Positions 1 to 10,188 of a stretch of DNA of 64,000 nt are shown here, in pieces. Every line of letters starts with the position of its first letter. Position 1 is the stretch's first letter. The notes under the pieces are model-generated. The model was not told the origin of the DNA. It searched no databases and saw only the letters and a list, made by a program, of their open reading frames with translations. The stretch is from Chitinophagaceae bacterium (GTDB lineage: Bacteria; Bacteroidota; Bacteroidia; Chitinophagales; Chitinophagaceae): NCBI GenBank assembly GCA_041691395.1, contig JBEPUT010000012.1, forward strand, positions 1,575 to 65,574. Reading direction: 5' to 3'. Both the position numbers and the translations under genes were made by a program.

Positions 1-889
1 CAGTAAACTTGCACTTAAAAAGAGCAAAAACATTGCTGTTTATCCACCCATTGGCAACAGCCCTGTTCATGACTTCCTTAAGCCATTGAACATATTTCAT
101 GGCTGTATTCGGGATGATCTTGTGTTGTATCAGGACATACTTGTAGAGTTCCTCACAGAATTTATATTCCAACTGAGCGAGTGGAATATCATCCTGCTTA
201 TAACGATAGGTCAAAAATTCAAAATACCTTCTTTTCCTCCCGATCCATTTCTCAATCGTATTAAAGGACCGGTGACCGGAAAAAGAAAGTTGTAAAAAGT
301 TCAATAAGAATTCGTCAAGTGCAAGCCTAAAGGTTTTCTGCCTTTGCTTGTTATCAAACACGCTATTGGCTTTCCTGACTATCTGTTCGATATCTTTGGA
401 GAGTTGTTCTTTTTCCCTTTTCAGAAGACTAAGCTTCGCGGGAGCGGGGACGGCGTCATATTGGCACGCCTTGTTGGATTTTTCACAATAAGAGATAAAA
501 GATTTTATGACGGCATCAATGGATTCGCTTAATTCAAGGTTTTCAACTTGTTCCAGGCGGCTCCTTTCCCCGGAAATTGGGGTTAGATAGGACTCCTTCA
601 CCATTTGCGGTGTCGCCAATTCATTTTTCGCCTGGCATAAGTCGAAATGCCGTTCAATGTCGACTTTAACCTGGCCTATCTCTTTATTAATCGCTTTGAA
701 ATCTGGATCCCGGGCAAGAACTGTCTTGGTTTTATTTTCCCAGTGGTCTGAAAGGACTTTGCAGCCCAGGGAAAACTCGTCTTTCAGTCCGTCAATAGTG
801 ATCCTTACATAAATGGGAATCTTTCCATCCTTACTCGCTTTTTTCCTTTTGAGATAAAAAAGAATCGAAAATTTTTGTTTGACGTTCAT
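1..889 (-). CDS. Tyrosine recombinase/integrase, Bacteroidota type (arm-binding N-terminus plus SAM-like domain). Partial, runs off the window start.
   Basis: Hand-translated from ATG at 889. The frame stays open to position 1: MNVKQKFSILFYLKRKKASKDGKIPIYVRITIDG...NTAMKYVQWLKEVMNRAVANGWINSNVF. It is absent from the ORF track because no stop lies inside the window. It sits just beyond a tRNA 3' end. Confidence 0.88.
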   Translation of the reverse strand, partial: MNVKQKFSILFYLKRKKASKDGKIPIYVRITIDGLKDEFSLGCKVLSDHWENKTKTVLARDPDFKAINKEIGQVKVDIERHFDLCQAKNELATPQMVKESYLTPISGERSRLEQVENLELSESIDAVIKSFISYCEKSNKACQYDAVPAPAKLSLLKREKEQLSKDIEQIVRKANSVFDNKQRQKTFRLALDEFLLNFLQLSFSGHRSFNTIEKWIGRKRRYFEFLTYRYKQDDIPLAQLEYKFCEELYKYVLIQHKIIPNTAMKYVQWLKEVMNRAVANGWINSNVFALFKCKFT

Positions 890-964
890 AACGCATCATT
901 TAAGATTTTAAAAAATCTCTCTTTCAAACGCACCGTCAACTCTGTGTCGCCTTACGGATTCCAA

Positions 965-1018
965 TTCGGGGGCCTATAAAGGTAGGCCCCCAAATAGGCC
1001 CCCGAATAGGGCACCGAA
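965..1018. repeat. Four 12-bp repeats (three tandem direct, one inverted), putative integrase arm-binding sites
   Basis: TAGGCCCCCAAA 983-994, TAGGCCCCCGAA 995-1006 and TAGGGCACCGAA 1007-1018. TTCGGGGGCCTA at 965-976 is the exact reverse complement of the middle unit. Confidence 0.75.
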
Positions 1019-1090
1019 TCCATTGATTTGATTTGATCTTAATTGATTTGCTTATTTGGAGCAAACGCAGTGCAGGCCTGCATTTTAATC

Positions 1091-1116
1091 AAAAATGACC
1101 CTTTTTGTAAGGGTCA
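1091..1116 (-). terminator. Intrinsic terminator-like hairpin downstream of tRNA-Val
   Basis: TGACCCTT (1096-1103) pairs with AAGGGTCA (1109-1116), followed by T5 on the minus strand. Confidence 0.65.
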
Positions 1117-1121
1117 CCAGG

Positions 1122-1196
1122 TGAACTGCACTGGGTTCGAACCAGTGACCTCTGCTCTGTCAAAGCAGCGCTCTGAACCAACTGAGCTAGCAGTCC
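1122..1196 (-). tRNA. tRNA-Val(GAC)
   Basis: Minus strand folds as a cloverleaf: GGACTGC TA GCTC AGTTGGTTCA GAGC G CTGCT TTGACAG AGCAG AGGTC ACTGG TTCGAAC CCAGT GCAGTTC A. Anticodon GAC. CCA is not encoded. Confidence 0.97.
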
Positions 1197-1310
1197 GGAT
1201 GGTGTTTCATTAAATCCTGACCAGTAAGGGATGCTTTTTCTGATACAAAATACGCAGAAAAACTGACACCAAAATAACCAGATACATCTTAGCAATTGAT
1301 ACACTCCGGT

Positions 1311-2606
1311 TCACGGCAACTTATTCGCCAGCCTGCGCAGCTGGATCTCGGAGACCTTGGCAGCGTAACTCACATTGATCATGAGGAACCCGGCATTCTC
1401 AAAACTCTGCTGCGCATTCTTTACGTCCACGATGGTGGCCTGTTTATACTGAAACCGCTTCAATACCAGGTCCAGCAACTTCTGCGAAAGATCATAGGTT
1501 TCTTTGGCCGTTGCCAGTTGCTGCAGGTTGTTTTTATAGGCTTGCCAGCTTTTCACGGCGCTGGAATTTATCCCGAGTAATAACGTATCTCTTTGCAAAC
1601 CGGCGATTTTAACATTGATGCCCGCCACCTGCTCCTGCTTGCGGTATATGTTCCCGTTGAATATCGGAACGGTGAGGCCCAGTCCGAGGTAGGGACCATA
1701 AGACTGGTTGTACAGGGAAAACCCCGCGGCATTGGCCGTATGGCTGAAATTATACCCTGCATTCAATAAAAAAGAGGGATAGCGCTGGGCGCCGACTTCT
1801 TTTTCAATGTACTGGTTGATGACCACCTGCTGATAAGCGGCCTGCAGATCGGGATTTTGGGAAACAGCATCCAATATAGAATCCAGTTGTAGGCCGTTAT
1901 CTACGAGAATGGTATCACGGATAGCAATAACCGAATCCGGTTTCAGGGTCAGCAGCGTCAGCAGATCGGTCTTTCCCTGATCCACCACCAGTTGCTGCGC
2001 TTGCAGGTTCTGTATCTGGGTGTTTAAATCAACCTGGCTCTGGAATAAATCCGCATCGTTGGCCACCCCTACCTGCTGTTGCTTTTTTACGATATCCAGT
2101 TTTTGTTTAGACGCTTCTATGGATGTCTGTAGCGTCCTGGCATAACTCTCCTGCCGTACGATGTCGTAATATTTCAGCATCACATTATAGAACAGTGTTT
2201 GTACCCGCGAATCCAATTGTTGCCGGGTTAACAGAACAGCCGTTTCATACTGGCGTTTGGCATTGTGCACCCGGCCACCGTTATACAATAAGACATTCCC
2301 GGCAACTCCGGCGGTAATACTGGTGGAACGGGCATTGGTGCTGCTTTTGTTATTGGCCGGATTGGAATACCGCTGATCTATACTGGTGAGTTGCTGGTTA
2401 CCTGAAGCCGTTCCCGCCACAAAGGGCAATCCCCCGGCATATCCATAACTGTTATTGATCTCTGCAATATCCACGGCATGCTGGGTGATCCGGATGCCCA
2501 GGTTGTTTTTCATGGCTATATTCAGAACCTCATTCAGGCTGAGCTCCTGGGAAGAAGCCTGGGTTACCACTGCTCCGAAAAATAATATTAATAGGATCCG
2601 CATCAT
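1311..2606 (-). CDS. TolC-family outer membrane efflux protein
   Basis: Signal peptide, OEP-type helical repeats, third gene of an RND operon. Confidence 0.9.
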   Translation of the reverse strand: MMRILLILFFGAVVTQASSQELSLNEVLNIAMKNNLGIRITQHAVDIAEINNSYGYAGGLPFVAGTASGNQQLTSIDQRYSNPANNKSSTNARSTSITAGVAGNVLLYNGGRVHNAKRQYETAVLLTRQQLDSRVQTLFYNVMLKYYDIVRQESYARTLQTSIEASKQKLDIVKKQQQVGVANDADLFQSQVDLNTQIQNLQAQQLVVDQGKTDLLTLLTLKPDSVIAIRDTILVDNGLQLDSILDAVSQNPDLQAAYQQVVINQYIEKEVGAQRYPSFLLNAGYNFSHTANAAGFSLYNQSYGPYLGLGLTVPIFNGNIYRKQEQVAGINVKIAGLQRDTLLLGINSSAVKSWQAYKNNLQQLATAKETYDLSQKLLDLVLKRFQYKQATIVDVKNAQQSFENAGFLMINVSYAAKVSEIQLRRLANKLP

Positions 2607-2610
2607 TATT

Positions 2611-5600
2611 TTAAGCTGTTACATGGGTTAACCTGGTTTTGTGTTTGCCGGACAGGTACGTATACACGGCCGGTATCACAAACAGGGTCAGGATCAGGGA
2701 AAATAATATGCCGCCCACCACCACGATGCCCAAAGGTATGCGACTGGTGGATGCTGCACCCAGGCTTAGCGCAATGGGCAATGCGCCAAGGGAAGTAGCA
2801 AGACTGGTCATCAGGATGGGCCTCAGTCTTTGTGAGGCCGCTTCCACTACCGCAGGCATTTTTTCAAGGCCGTGTTCTCTTTTCTGGTTGGCAAATTCCA
2901 CGATCAGGATCCCGTTTTTGGTCACCAGCCCGATCAGCATGATCATACCGATCTCGGAAAATATATTCAGGGTCTGATTAAATATCCAGAGGCTCAGCAG
3001 CGCCCCGGCGAGTGCCAGTGGTACGGTGAGCATAATGGCGAACGGATCTACAAAACTTTCAAACTGCGCCGCCAGCACCAGATAAATCAGGATCAGGGCG
3101 AGACCGAAAGCAAACAATATATTGGAAGAACTTTCTGCATAATCCCTGGATGCGCCGGCCAGCGCGGTCTGGAAACTCTGATCCAACACCCTCGGGGCAA
3201 TGGCCTGCATGGCCTTGATGCCATCCCCGATGGTTTTTCCTTCAGACAGGGACGCGGATATGGTTGCCGATTTATACCGGTTGAAATGGTACAGGGTTGC
3301 CGGGCTGCTGTTTTGCTCCATGTGGATCACGGCATTCAGCGGAATATTAACGCCTTTGTTATTACGTACATACAGGTTGCTGATGTCTGTGGGCTCATTC
3401 CGGTCTGATCTTTCCACCTGAGCGATCACCTGGTACTGATAGCCGTTTTGAATATAATAAGCCAGCCTGCCGCCGCTGAATGCAGATTGCATAGCGGAAA
3501 TAACATCGTTGGTGGAAAGGCCGAGGTCCTTGATCTTTATGCGGTCCAGGTTGACGTCCAATACCGGTTTATTAAATTTCAGATCCACATCGGCATTGGA
3601 AAACGTTTTGTCTTTCCGGATCTCTTCCAGGAACCTGGGAATGGCGGTTTTCAATTTTTCGAGATCCTGGTTCTGCAATACAAACTGCACCGGGAGACTG
3701 GAGCGGGAGCCCGAACCCACCGCAATGGTCTGTTCCTGGATGGTAAAAATGCGGGCTTCATTGAACCTGGTTAATTTCTGCTGCAGGTCATTGGCAATCT
3801 GGGCCTGCGTCCGGGTTCTCAGCGATGGATCAACCAAACCGATCCGGGGGGAAGACCCGTTAAAACTGCTTCCCGTTGGCGTGCGCACAAAAACGAAATC
3901 GCGTTCGGGTACCGAATCATATAAATAATCGGCAATGCTGTCGGAGATATTGGCCATACGGCTATAACTGGTCCCTTCCGGCGCCGTAGCGGTCAGCCGC
4001 ACGGTGCTCCGGTCTTCCAGTGGCGCCAGTTCGCTTTGCAGGGAGTTCAAAAGAAAATAAACCATCACGGCACATACGGCAATGATCACCCAGGCTGCCC
4101 ATCGCACTTTCAGAAATGCCTGCAGCAACCGGCGGTAACCGTTTTCCATCCCCTTGAAGAAAGGTTCCGTTCTTTCATAGAACTTCCCATGGGAAGCGTC
4201 CTTGCGCGTGAGCACCACATTCAGCACCGGCGTGATGGTGAGGGAAACAAAAGCGGATATCAACACGGCAGCAGCCAGCACCACGCCGAATTCACGGAAC
4301 AGGCGGCCGACAAATCCCTGTAAAAAAACAACGGGTAAAAAAACAACGGCCAGGGTAATGGAAGTGGAAATAACGGCAAAGAAAATTTCCCGGCTGCCTT
4401 CCACCGCTGCTTTTTTCAACGGCAATCCCTCTTCCAGTTTTCTGAAAATATTTTCCGTCACCACGATCCCGTCATCCACCACCAGTCCGGTGGCCAGTAC
4501 GATGCCCAGTAAAGTAAGGATATTGATGGTAAACCCGCAAACATACATGATGAAGAAAGTCGCGATCAGCGAGATGGGAATATCGATCAGCGGCCGCAAG
4601 GCGATCAGCCAGTTCCGGAAAAAGAAAAAGATCACAAACACCACCAGGCTGAAGGAGATAAGCAGCGTATCCTTTACTTCGTTGAGTGACTGCCGGATGG
4701 TTTTGGTATTATCGATCAGTACGTTGAACTGCAGGTCTTCCCGGTTGGATTGTTTGATGATGTCCAGCTTTTTATTGAACTCATTGGCAATTTCAATATT
4801 GTTCGCTCCCGGCTGCGGGATGATGGCGAGTCCGACCGCATTCACACCATCATATTTCCAGCTTTGTTCAGGGTTTTGGGGGCCTAGTTCGATCCGAGCC
4901 ACATCGCCCAGGCGAACGATGCCGGAACTGTCTTCCCGGAGGATCACGTTCCTGAAATCCTCAATGCTGGTGAGCCGGCCCTTGGTCATAATGGTCATCT
5001 CGGTATTGTTACCGTAAATCTTACCGGGAGGCAGCTCCACATTTTCTGAAGCCATCGCCGCGCTGATGTCATTATACGCCACATTATAGGCGCTCATTTT
5101 ATCCGGGTCCAGCCATACGCGCATGGCAAAACCCAGATCGCCGAAAACATTCACGGAACTCACGCCGTCTATCGTTTGCAATTGTTGCTGCAGCACATTG
5201 TCGGCATAGTCACTGAGTTCCATCAGGCTTTTGGTGCGGCTCTGCACGGCCAGCAATAAAATGAAATCACTGTTGGCATCTGCCTTGGTCACCACGGGTG
5301 GGGCATCAATATCGAGGGGAAGGTTCCGGGCGGCTTGTCCCACTTTATCCCTTACATCACTCGCTGCACTTTCCAGGTCATATCCCAGGTTGAATTCCAC
5401 CACGATGGAACTTCTGCCGAGGGAACTGGTGGAGGTGATGGTTCGTATACCGGGAATTCCGTTTACCTGTTTTTCCAGGGGTTCGGTGATCTGACTTTCG
5501 ATGATGTCGGGATTGGCGCCGGTATAGGAAGTGGTTACTGTAATGATCGGCGGGTCGATGGCCGGATAATCACGAACCGCCAGGAAGTAATATCCCACGA

Positions 5601-5676
5601 TCCCGAATAAAATAATCATCAGGTTCATTACGGTTGCCAGCACAGGCCTTCGCAGCGATAATTCCGAAATGTTCAT
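2611..5676 (-). CDS. RND efflux transporter permease subunit
   Basis: 1021 aa with AcrB-family motifs GLVVDDGIVVTENI, GLVTKNGILIVEFAN and RLRPILMTS. Confidence 0.95.
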   Translation of the reverse strand: MNISELSLRRPVLATVMNLMIILFGIVGYYFLAVRDYPAIDPPIITVTTSYTGANPDIIESQITEPLEKQVNGIPGIRTITSTSSLGRSSIVVEFNLGYDLESAASDVRDKVGQAARNLPLDIDAPPVVTKADANSDFILLLAVQSRTKSLMELSDYADNVLQQQLQTIDGVSSVNVFGDLGFAMRVWLDPDKMSAYNVAYNDISAAMASENVELPPGKIYGNNTEMTIMTKGRLTSIEDFRNVILREDSSGIVRLGDVARIELGPQNPEQSWKYDGVNAVGLAIIPQPGANNIEIANEFNKKLDIIKQSNREDLQFNVLIDNTKTIRQSLNEVKDTLLISFSLVVFVIFFFFRNWLIALRPLIDIPISLIATFFIMYVCGFTINILTLLGIVLATGLVVDDGIVVTENIFRKLEEGLPLKKAAVEGSREIFFAVISTSITLAVVFLPVVFLQGFVGRLFREFGVVLAAAVLISAFVSLTITPVLNVVLTRKDASHGKFYERTEPFFKGMENGYRRLLQAFLKVRWAAWVIIAVCAVMVYFLLNSLQSELAPLEDRSTVRLTATAPEGTSYSRMANISDSIADYLYDSVPERDFVFVRTPTGSSFNGSSPRIGLVDPSLRTRTQAQIANDLQQKLTRFNEARIFTIQEQTIAVGSGSRSSLPVQFVLQNQDLEKLKTAIPRFLEEIRKDKTFSNADVDLKFNKPVLDVNLDRIKIKDLGLSTNDVISAMQSAFSGGRLAYYIQNGYQYQVIAQVERSDRNEPTDISNLYVRNNKGVNIPLNAVIHMEQNSSPATLYHFNRYKSATISASLSEGKTIGDGIKAMQAIAPRVLDQSFQTALAGASRDYAESSSNILFAFGLALILIYLVLAAQFESFVDPFAIMLTVPLALAGALLSLWIFNQTLNIFSEIGMIMLIGLVTKNGILIVEFANQKREHGLEKMPAVVEAASQRLRPILMTSLATSLGALPIALSLGAASTSRIPLGIVVVGGILFSLILTLFVIPAVYTYLSGKHKTRLTHVTA

Positions 5677-5678
5677 GA

Positions 5679-6764
5679 TTATTGTGAGTTGCTCCCGTTG
5701 TTATTTAATGCGGCGAACTGGGCCAGCGTCCTGATATTCCGAACTTCCAGTCTGGCCTTGGGCCTGGCAAACAGAACGCCGGTCACCACCACGGTATCCC
5801 CGTCTTTTATGCCGCTGGTGATCACCACATTATTGGCCAGCCGCAAACCAGCGGTTACATTGGCGAAACTGGCCCTTCCGTTTTTCACCAAGATCACCTG
5901 ATTGTCCTTATCATTGGGAATAAGGGAATTGGTGGGAACCAGAATGGCCTTTTTATCGGTACCGGCATTGACAAATACTTTTACGAAAGCGCCGGGATTG
6001 GGATTGCTGTTTTCCAGTATCGCCCGAACGGTCAGGCTCCTGGAAGATTGATTCACCTGGGGTTCAATGGCCATGATCCTGGCTTTTTTCCTGCCGGCGC
6101 CAGTGGCATCCATTTCCACATCCACGGTTGCCCCTACTTTTAATATACTGCCATAACCTTCGGGCAGGGTAAAATCTATTTTGATCCGGTCAAGCTGCAA
6201 CAGGGTGGCGATTAGGGTGGCGGGAGAAACATAAGCGCCCAGGCTCACCTGGCGCAAACCGATTATGCCGCTGAACGGCGCCTTCAAAATGGTTTTATCA
6301 GAGAGGGCCTGGTTATAAGCGATATCTGCTTTGAATCCGTTAACTGCATTCAATGAGGCATCGTAATCGCTTTGATTGATGCCATTTACGGCCAGCAGTT
6401 GTTTGTTGCGCTCTTCGGTTTTTTCGGCGAGGTCGAGTTGCACCTTACTTTTATTCACCTGGGCCTCCAGATCAGCGTTGTTGATGCGGGCGATCACGGT
6501 GCCTGCGGCTATCCGTTTGCCTTCCGGCACATGGAGATAAGTGATCCGGCCGCTGGCTTCAGGATGCAGTTCAACATATTCGTTGGCAACAACCGTTCCG
6601 TTCACCTCTATGGTATTGGTGATGGGTTGGAAAGCGGCGACGAGAACATCCACGTAAACATTCGCTTCCGGTTTTTTTGCAGCGGTATCCTGTTTATTTT
6701 TACAGGCAGGAAAAAGGAAAAGAAAGATAAATGAACCCAAAACCAAACTGATCTGCTTAGTCAT
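5679..6764 (-). CDS. RND efflux periplasmic adaptor (membrane fusion lipoprotein)
   Basis: Lipobox LFPAC, KAPFSGIIG lipoyl-hybrid motif, lies upstream of the RND permease. Confidence 0.92.
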   Translation of the reverse strand: MTKQISLVLGSFIFLFLFPACKNKQDTAAKKPEANVYVDVLVAAFQPITNTIEVNGTVVANEYVELHPEASGRITYLHVPEGKRIAAGTVIARINNADLEAQVNKSKVQLDLAEKTEERNKQLLAVNGINQSDYDASLNAVNGFKADIAYNQALSDKTILKAPFSGIIGLRQVSLGAYVSPATLIATLLQLDRIKIDFTLPEGYGSILKVGATVDVEMDATGAGRKKARIMAIEPQVNQSSRSLTVRAILENSNPNPGAFVKVFVNAGTDKKAILVPTNSLIPNDKDNQVILVKNGRASFANVTAGLRLANNVVITSGIKDGDTVVVTGVLFARPKARLEVRNIRTLAQFAALNNNGSNSQ

Positions 6765-6895
6765 CCATTATGGCTGTTTTTGATGAAAACGGTTAACTCC
6801 AAATATAATCAGAATTATATTTCCGGGCTGGCAAAAGGCCCTTTTATTATATGAATGGGCGGGTGAGAAATTAAATTAACAACCGGAAAACCAAA

Positions 6896-8128
6896 TCATC
6901 CGGCAACAACTCTTCTTTGCAATTCTTTCCGGATCAAAGCCAGTTCCCTGCCGGTTTGTCCGCTCAGCGAACTGTTTTCCTCCGCGCGCCGCATCAGGTA
7001 AGGCACCACCTCCTCTATGGGACCGAAGGGCAGGTATTTGCTTACGGAACACCCTGCGTTGGCCAGATTAAACGTGATGTTGTCACTCATTCCGTACAGC
7101 TGGGAAAAATGAATGTGTTTGTGGTTAAGCGGCAGTTGCCTTTCGCGCAGTAACCGGGTAGTATAACCGTTGCTGTATTCGTTATGGCTGGCGATGATGG
7201 CGGAAATATGCGCAATATGATCAACGCAAAAAACCACCGCTTCGTTATAGTCGCGGTCCGTGGCCTCTTTATTCTCCTGAATGGGAGAAGGATAATGCTG
7301 CGCTTCCGCCCGTGCCCGCTCCTTCTCCATATACGCCCCGCGTACGAGCTTCACGCCAAGCACAAAATCCTTCAGCAGGGCGGCTTCGAGTATATCCCGT
7401 AAAAAAGACAGCCGGTCACTGCGGTATAACTGAACGGTATTGAACACGATCACTTCGCTTTTATTAAACTGTTCCATCATCTGGATGCTGAGCACATCCA
7501 CCGGATCCTGTATCCAGGTTTCTTCGGCGTCCACCAGTATCCCCACATGATGCGCTGAAGCCGCTTCACAGATCTGCTGCATGCGGCTACGCACGCGGCT
7601 CCATTCGGAAGACTCCGCTTCATTGAAAGAAGACAATGCAGCGTCATATCGTTTCATCAGCGATCCCGATGCGGAACTTAATGAGCTGTCCAGTTTCTCC
7701 AGCAATTCAAAGCGGGCAAAACCCGTGACCTTGACGCTGATGAACGGAATATTGGGTTGGGAAGCCGCGTATCGGATCACCCGTATAAATTCCCGGCAGG
7801 CCTGGTCAAATCCATTTTCACCGTTCTCCCCGCCTTCCACGCCATAGTCCAGGATGGCCTGCACCTGGTAGGCCCCCAGTTTCCGGGCAACGGCAGCCGT
7901 TTGTTCCAGCGTTTCCCCTCCCACAAACTGCGCAAAAAGCGTTCTCCGGATGATCCCTTTAACAGGCAGTCCGGCACGGATGGCGAGGGGAGTTAAACGG
8001 ATGCCCCATTTCACCAGGAATGCCTTTCCCATGCTGCGGAATAGAAAGCGGGCCTTTTTCAGTTCCGCATCGGATTTATAAGCAAAAGCAATTTGCGTAT
8101 TGGTGAAGGAGACGGGGAGAGGAATCAT
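6896..8128 (-). CDS. Monofunctional proline dehydrogenase
   Basis: Motifs LVDAEETWIQ, VKLVRGAYME, FSQLYGM and YLMRRAEEN. Start moved to ATG 8128, downstream of the promoter motif. Confidence 0.92.
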   Translation of the reverse strand: MIPLPVSFTNTQIAFAYKSDAELKKARFLFRSMGKAFLVKWGIRLTPLAIRAGLPVKGIIRRTLFAQFVGGETLEQTAAVARKLGAYQVQAILDYGVEGGENGENGFDQACREFIRVIRYAASQPNIPFISVKVTGFARFELLEKLDSSLSSASGSLMKRYDAALSSFNEAESSEWSRVRSRMQQICEAASAHHVGILVDAEETWIQDPVDVLSIQMMEQFNKSEVIVFNTVQLYRSDRLSFLRDILEAALLKDFVLGVKLVRGAYMEKERARAEAQHYPSPIQENKEATDRDYNEAVVFCVDHIAHISAIIASHNEYSNGYTTRLLRERQLPLNHKHIHFSQLYGMSDNITFNLANAGCSVSKYLPFGPIEEVVPYLMRRAEENSSLSGQTGRELALIRKELQRRVVAG

Positions 8129-8167
8129 ATTTTCGGGACGCCGTTTGAAAGTGGATGGTATATGTTG

Positions 8168-8175
8168 CAAAAATA
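8168..8175 (-). promoter_or_regulatory. Bacteroidota -7 promoter element (TAnnTTTG)
   Basis: Minus strand reads TATTTTTG about 40 nt upstream of the PRODH start. Confidence 0.55.
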
Positions 8176-8235
8176 CCCGAAACCAACCAATCCACTAAGT
8201 CCTAGCCGATTATTGCTTATTTTCGGTACTTTCCG

Positions 8236-9333
8236 ATGAGAATTATTCAAACCGGCATTTATAAGCTCAGCATACCCATGGATCCGTTTAGCATTGCTAC
8301 CGGAACGATGTACTATGCTCAGAATCTTTTCATCAGGATCCATACCAGCAGCGGCATCACGGGCGTGGGCGAATGTTCTGCCTTTCCCATGATCGTGGGC
8401 GAAACCCAGGCCACCTGCTATGAAATGGCCAAAGAGTTTGCTGCTTTATGGAAAGACAAGGATCCACTGGACATCCCCGCCCGTATGGCCGGATTACATG
8501 ATTTCACCGCCTTTAATTCCACGGTGAAAAGCGCTTTCGACATGGCCCTGTATGATCTGGCATCTAAAGAAGCGGGACTTCCGCTTTATCAATTTTTGCA
8601 CGGCAGCAGAAAACCACTCGAGACCGATCTGACCATCGGTATCGGTGAACCGGAGGTGATGGCGGCGAAGGCACTGGAATTTAAAAATAAGGGAGTCCGG
8701 ATCATCAAAATAAAGCTCGGCAAAAACGGTCCCCAGGATGTGGAAAGGGTGAAGCTTATCCGCCAGGCAGTGGGTGATTCGCTGGTGCTGCGGATTGATG
8801 CCAACCAGGGATGGGATCCTGAAACCGCCCGCGACGCTTTAATGGCCATGGGGAGATTTAATATCCAGTTTTGCGAACAGCCCATGCGGCACTGGAACGA
8901 TCATTTGCTTCCGGAACTGAAATCCATTTCACCGGTGAAAATCATGGCCGACGAAAGCGTATTCGATCACCACGATGCCCTGCGGCTGATCAAAGCCGAT
9001 GCCTGTGATTATGTCAACATCAAATTCTCCAAGTCCGGTGGCATCCTGGAAGCCCTGAAAATAAACCAGGTCTGTGCCGAAAATCACATCCCCTGCATGA
9101 TGGGTGGCATGCTGGAAAGCCGGCTGGCCCTGACGGCCTTTGCCCATTTTGCCAGTGCCCAGGACAATATTTTATATTATGATCTGGATACCTGTTTACT
9201 CGGACATACCATTGATCCGGTGACCGGTGGTGTAAAATACAGAGGCTACCATCTTGAACTTCCGGAAGTTCCCGGTATTGGCGCGGATGTGGAGGAGGAA
9301 TTTTTGAAGGGATGTGAGCAGACGATGGTTTGA
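8236..9333 (+). CDS. Dipeptide epimerase (L-Ala-D/L-Glu epimerase family, enolase superfamily)
   Basis: KIK motif, DANQGW, EQP, DES metal ligands and NIKFSKSGG. Confidence 0.88.
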   Translation: MRIIQTGIYKLSIPMDPFSIATGTMYYAQNLFIRIHTSSGITGVGECSAFPMIVGETQATCYEMAKEFAALWKDKDPLDIPARMAGLHDFTAFNSTVKSAFDMALYDLASKEAGLPLYQFLHGSRKPLETDLTIGIGEPEVMAAKALEFKNKGVRIIKIKLGKNGPQDVERVKLIRQAVGDSLVLRIDANQGWDPETARDALMAMGRFNIQFCEQPMRHWNDHLLPELKSISPVKIMADESVFDHHDALRLIKADACDYVNIKFSKSGGILEALKINQVCAENHIPCMMGGMLESRLALTAFAHFASAQDNILYYDLDTCLLGHTIDPVTGGVKYRGYHLELPEVPGIGADVEEEFLKGCEQTMV

Positions 9334-9427
9334 TTTCAAATTAAAAACCGCCGCATAAAAAAAGAAAACCGTAGGCGTCTCCGGGATCACTGGCTGATCA
9401 GCGGGAAAAGGATTTTAACAGCAAAAA

Positions 9428-9958
9428 ATGGAACAAATAATGACCAAATCGCCAACGGATTCGCAGATCACCATGACGGAACTGGTACTGCCGAACGACA
9501 CGAATGTATTTGGCAACCTGATGGGTGGCCGGCTGATGTACTGGATGGATATTGCGGCGGCGCTCTGCGCCACCAAACATTGCAACGCCGCCGTGGTTAC
9601 GGCTTCTGTGGATAATATTTCGTTTGAGAATCCGATCGTGCTGGGCAATGCTGTGCATATAGAGGCCAAACTCAGCCGCGCATTTACCACGTCCATGGAA
9701 GTGCACCTGCGGGTTTGGGGAGAAAACTTTCTGATCCGCGAAAAGTATAAAAGCAACGAAGCGTATTACACTTTCGTTGCCCTGGATGCTGGACGCAAGC
9801 CGATGAGGGTTCCGGAGATTGTTCCGGGGAATGAAGAAGAAAAATTGTTGTTTGAGGGCGCCTTGAGACGCCGGCAACTCCGCCTGGTATTGGGGGGCAA
9901 GATGAAACCGGAAGATGCGGAGGAGCTCAAAGCTTTATTTATGCAGGTAAAGTCTTAG
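9428..9958 (+). CDS. Acyl-CoA thioesterase (hotdog fold)
   Basis: PNDTNVFGNLMGGRLMYWMD motif. Confidence 0.9.
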   Translation: MEQIMTKSPTDSQITMTELVLPNDTNVFGNLMGGRLMYWMDIAAALCATKHCNAAVVTASVDNISFENPIVLGNAVHIEAKLSRAFTTSMEVHLRVWGENFLIREKYKSNEAYYTFVALDAGRKPMRVPEIVPGNEEEKLLFEGALRRRQLRLVLGGKMKPEDAEELKALFMQVKS

Positions 9959-10135
9959 CCATTTTTCCACGCTCCTTCAACAGTTGCCATGTCTTTCAAA
10001 AATATATTGCTTATTCCGGTTGCCGGAGCATGGATGAGCCTGATCCTGGCTGCATCGAAGGCACGAAAATATATGGTCCGTGAATATGGAGCAGGATTAT
10101 CACGAGCAGAAATAAAAATTGGCAGAAGGCCGGGC

Positions 10136-10168
10136 AAAAAAAACCCTCTCGCATTTGCAAGAGGGTTT
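10136..10168 (-). terminator. Terminator of rpsA (possibly bidirectional)
   Basis: AAACCCTCT (10141-10149) pairs with AGAGGGTTT (10160-10168), with an A-tract on the left and a short T-run on the right. Confidence 0.7.
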
Positions 10169-10188
10169 TACATGTGAAACAAATTGTA

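Larger units (their letters stand above)
1..1121. mobile_element. Terminal part of an integrative element inserted at the 3' end of tRNA-Val(GAC)
   Basis: Arrangement is tRNA 3' end, hairpin, arm-type repeats, integrase pointing away from the tRNA. The rest of the element lies outside the window. Confidence 0.7.
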
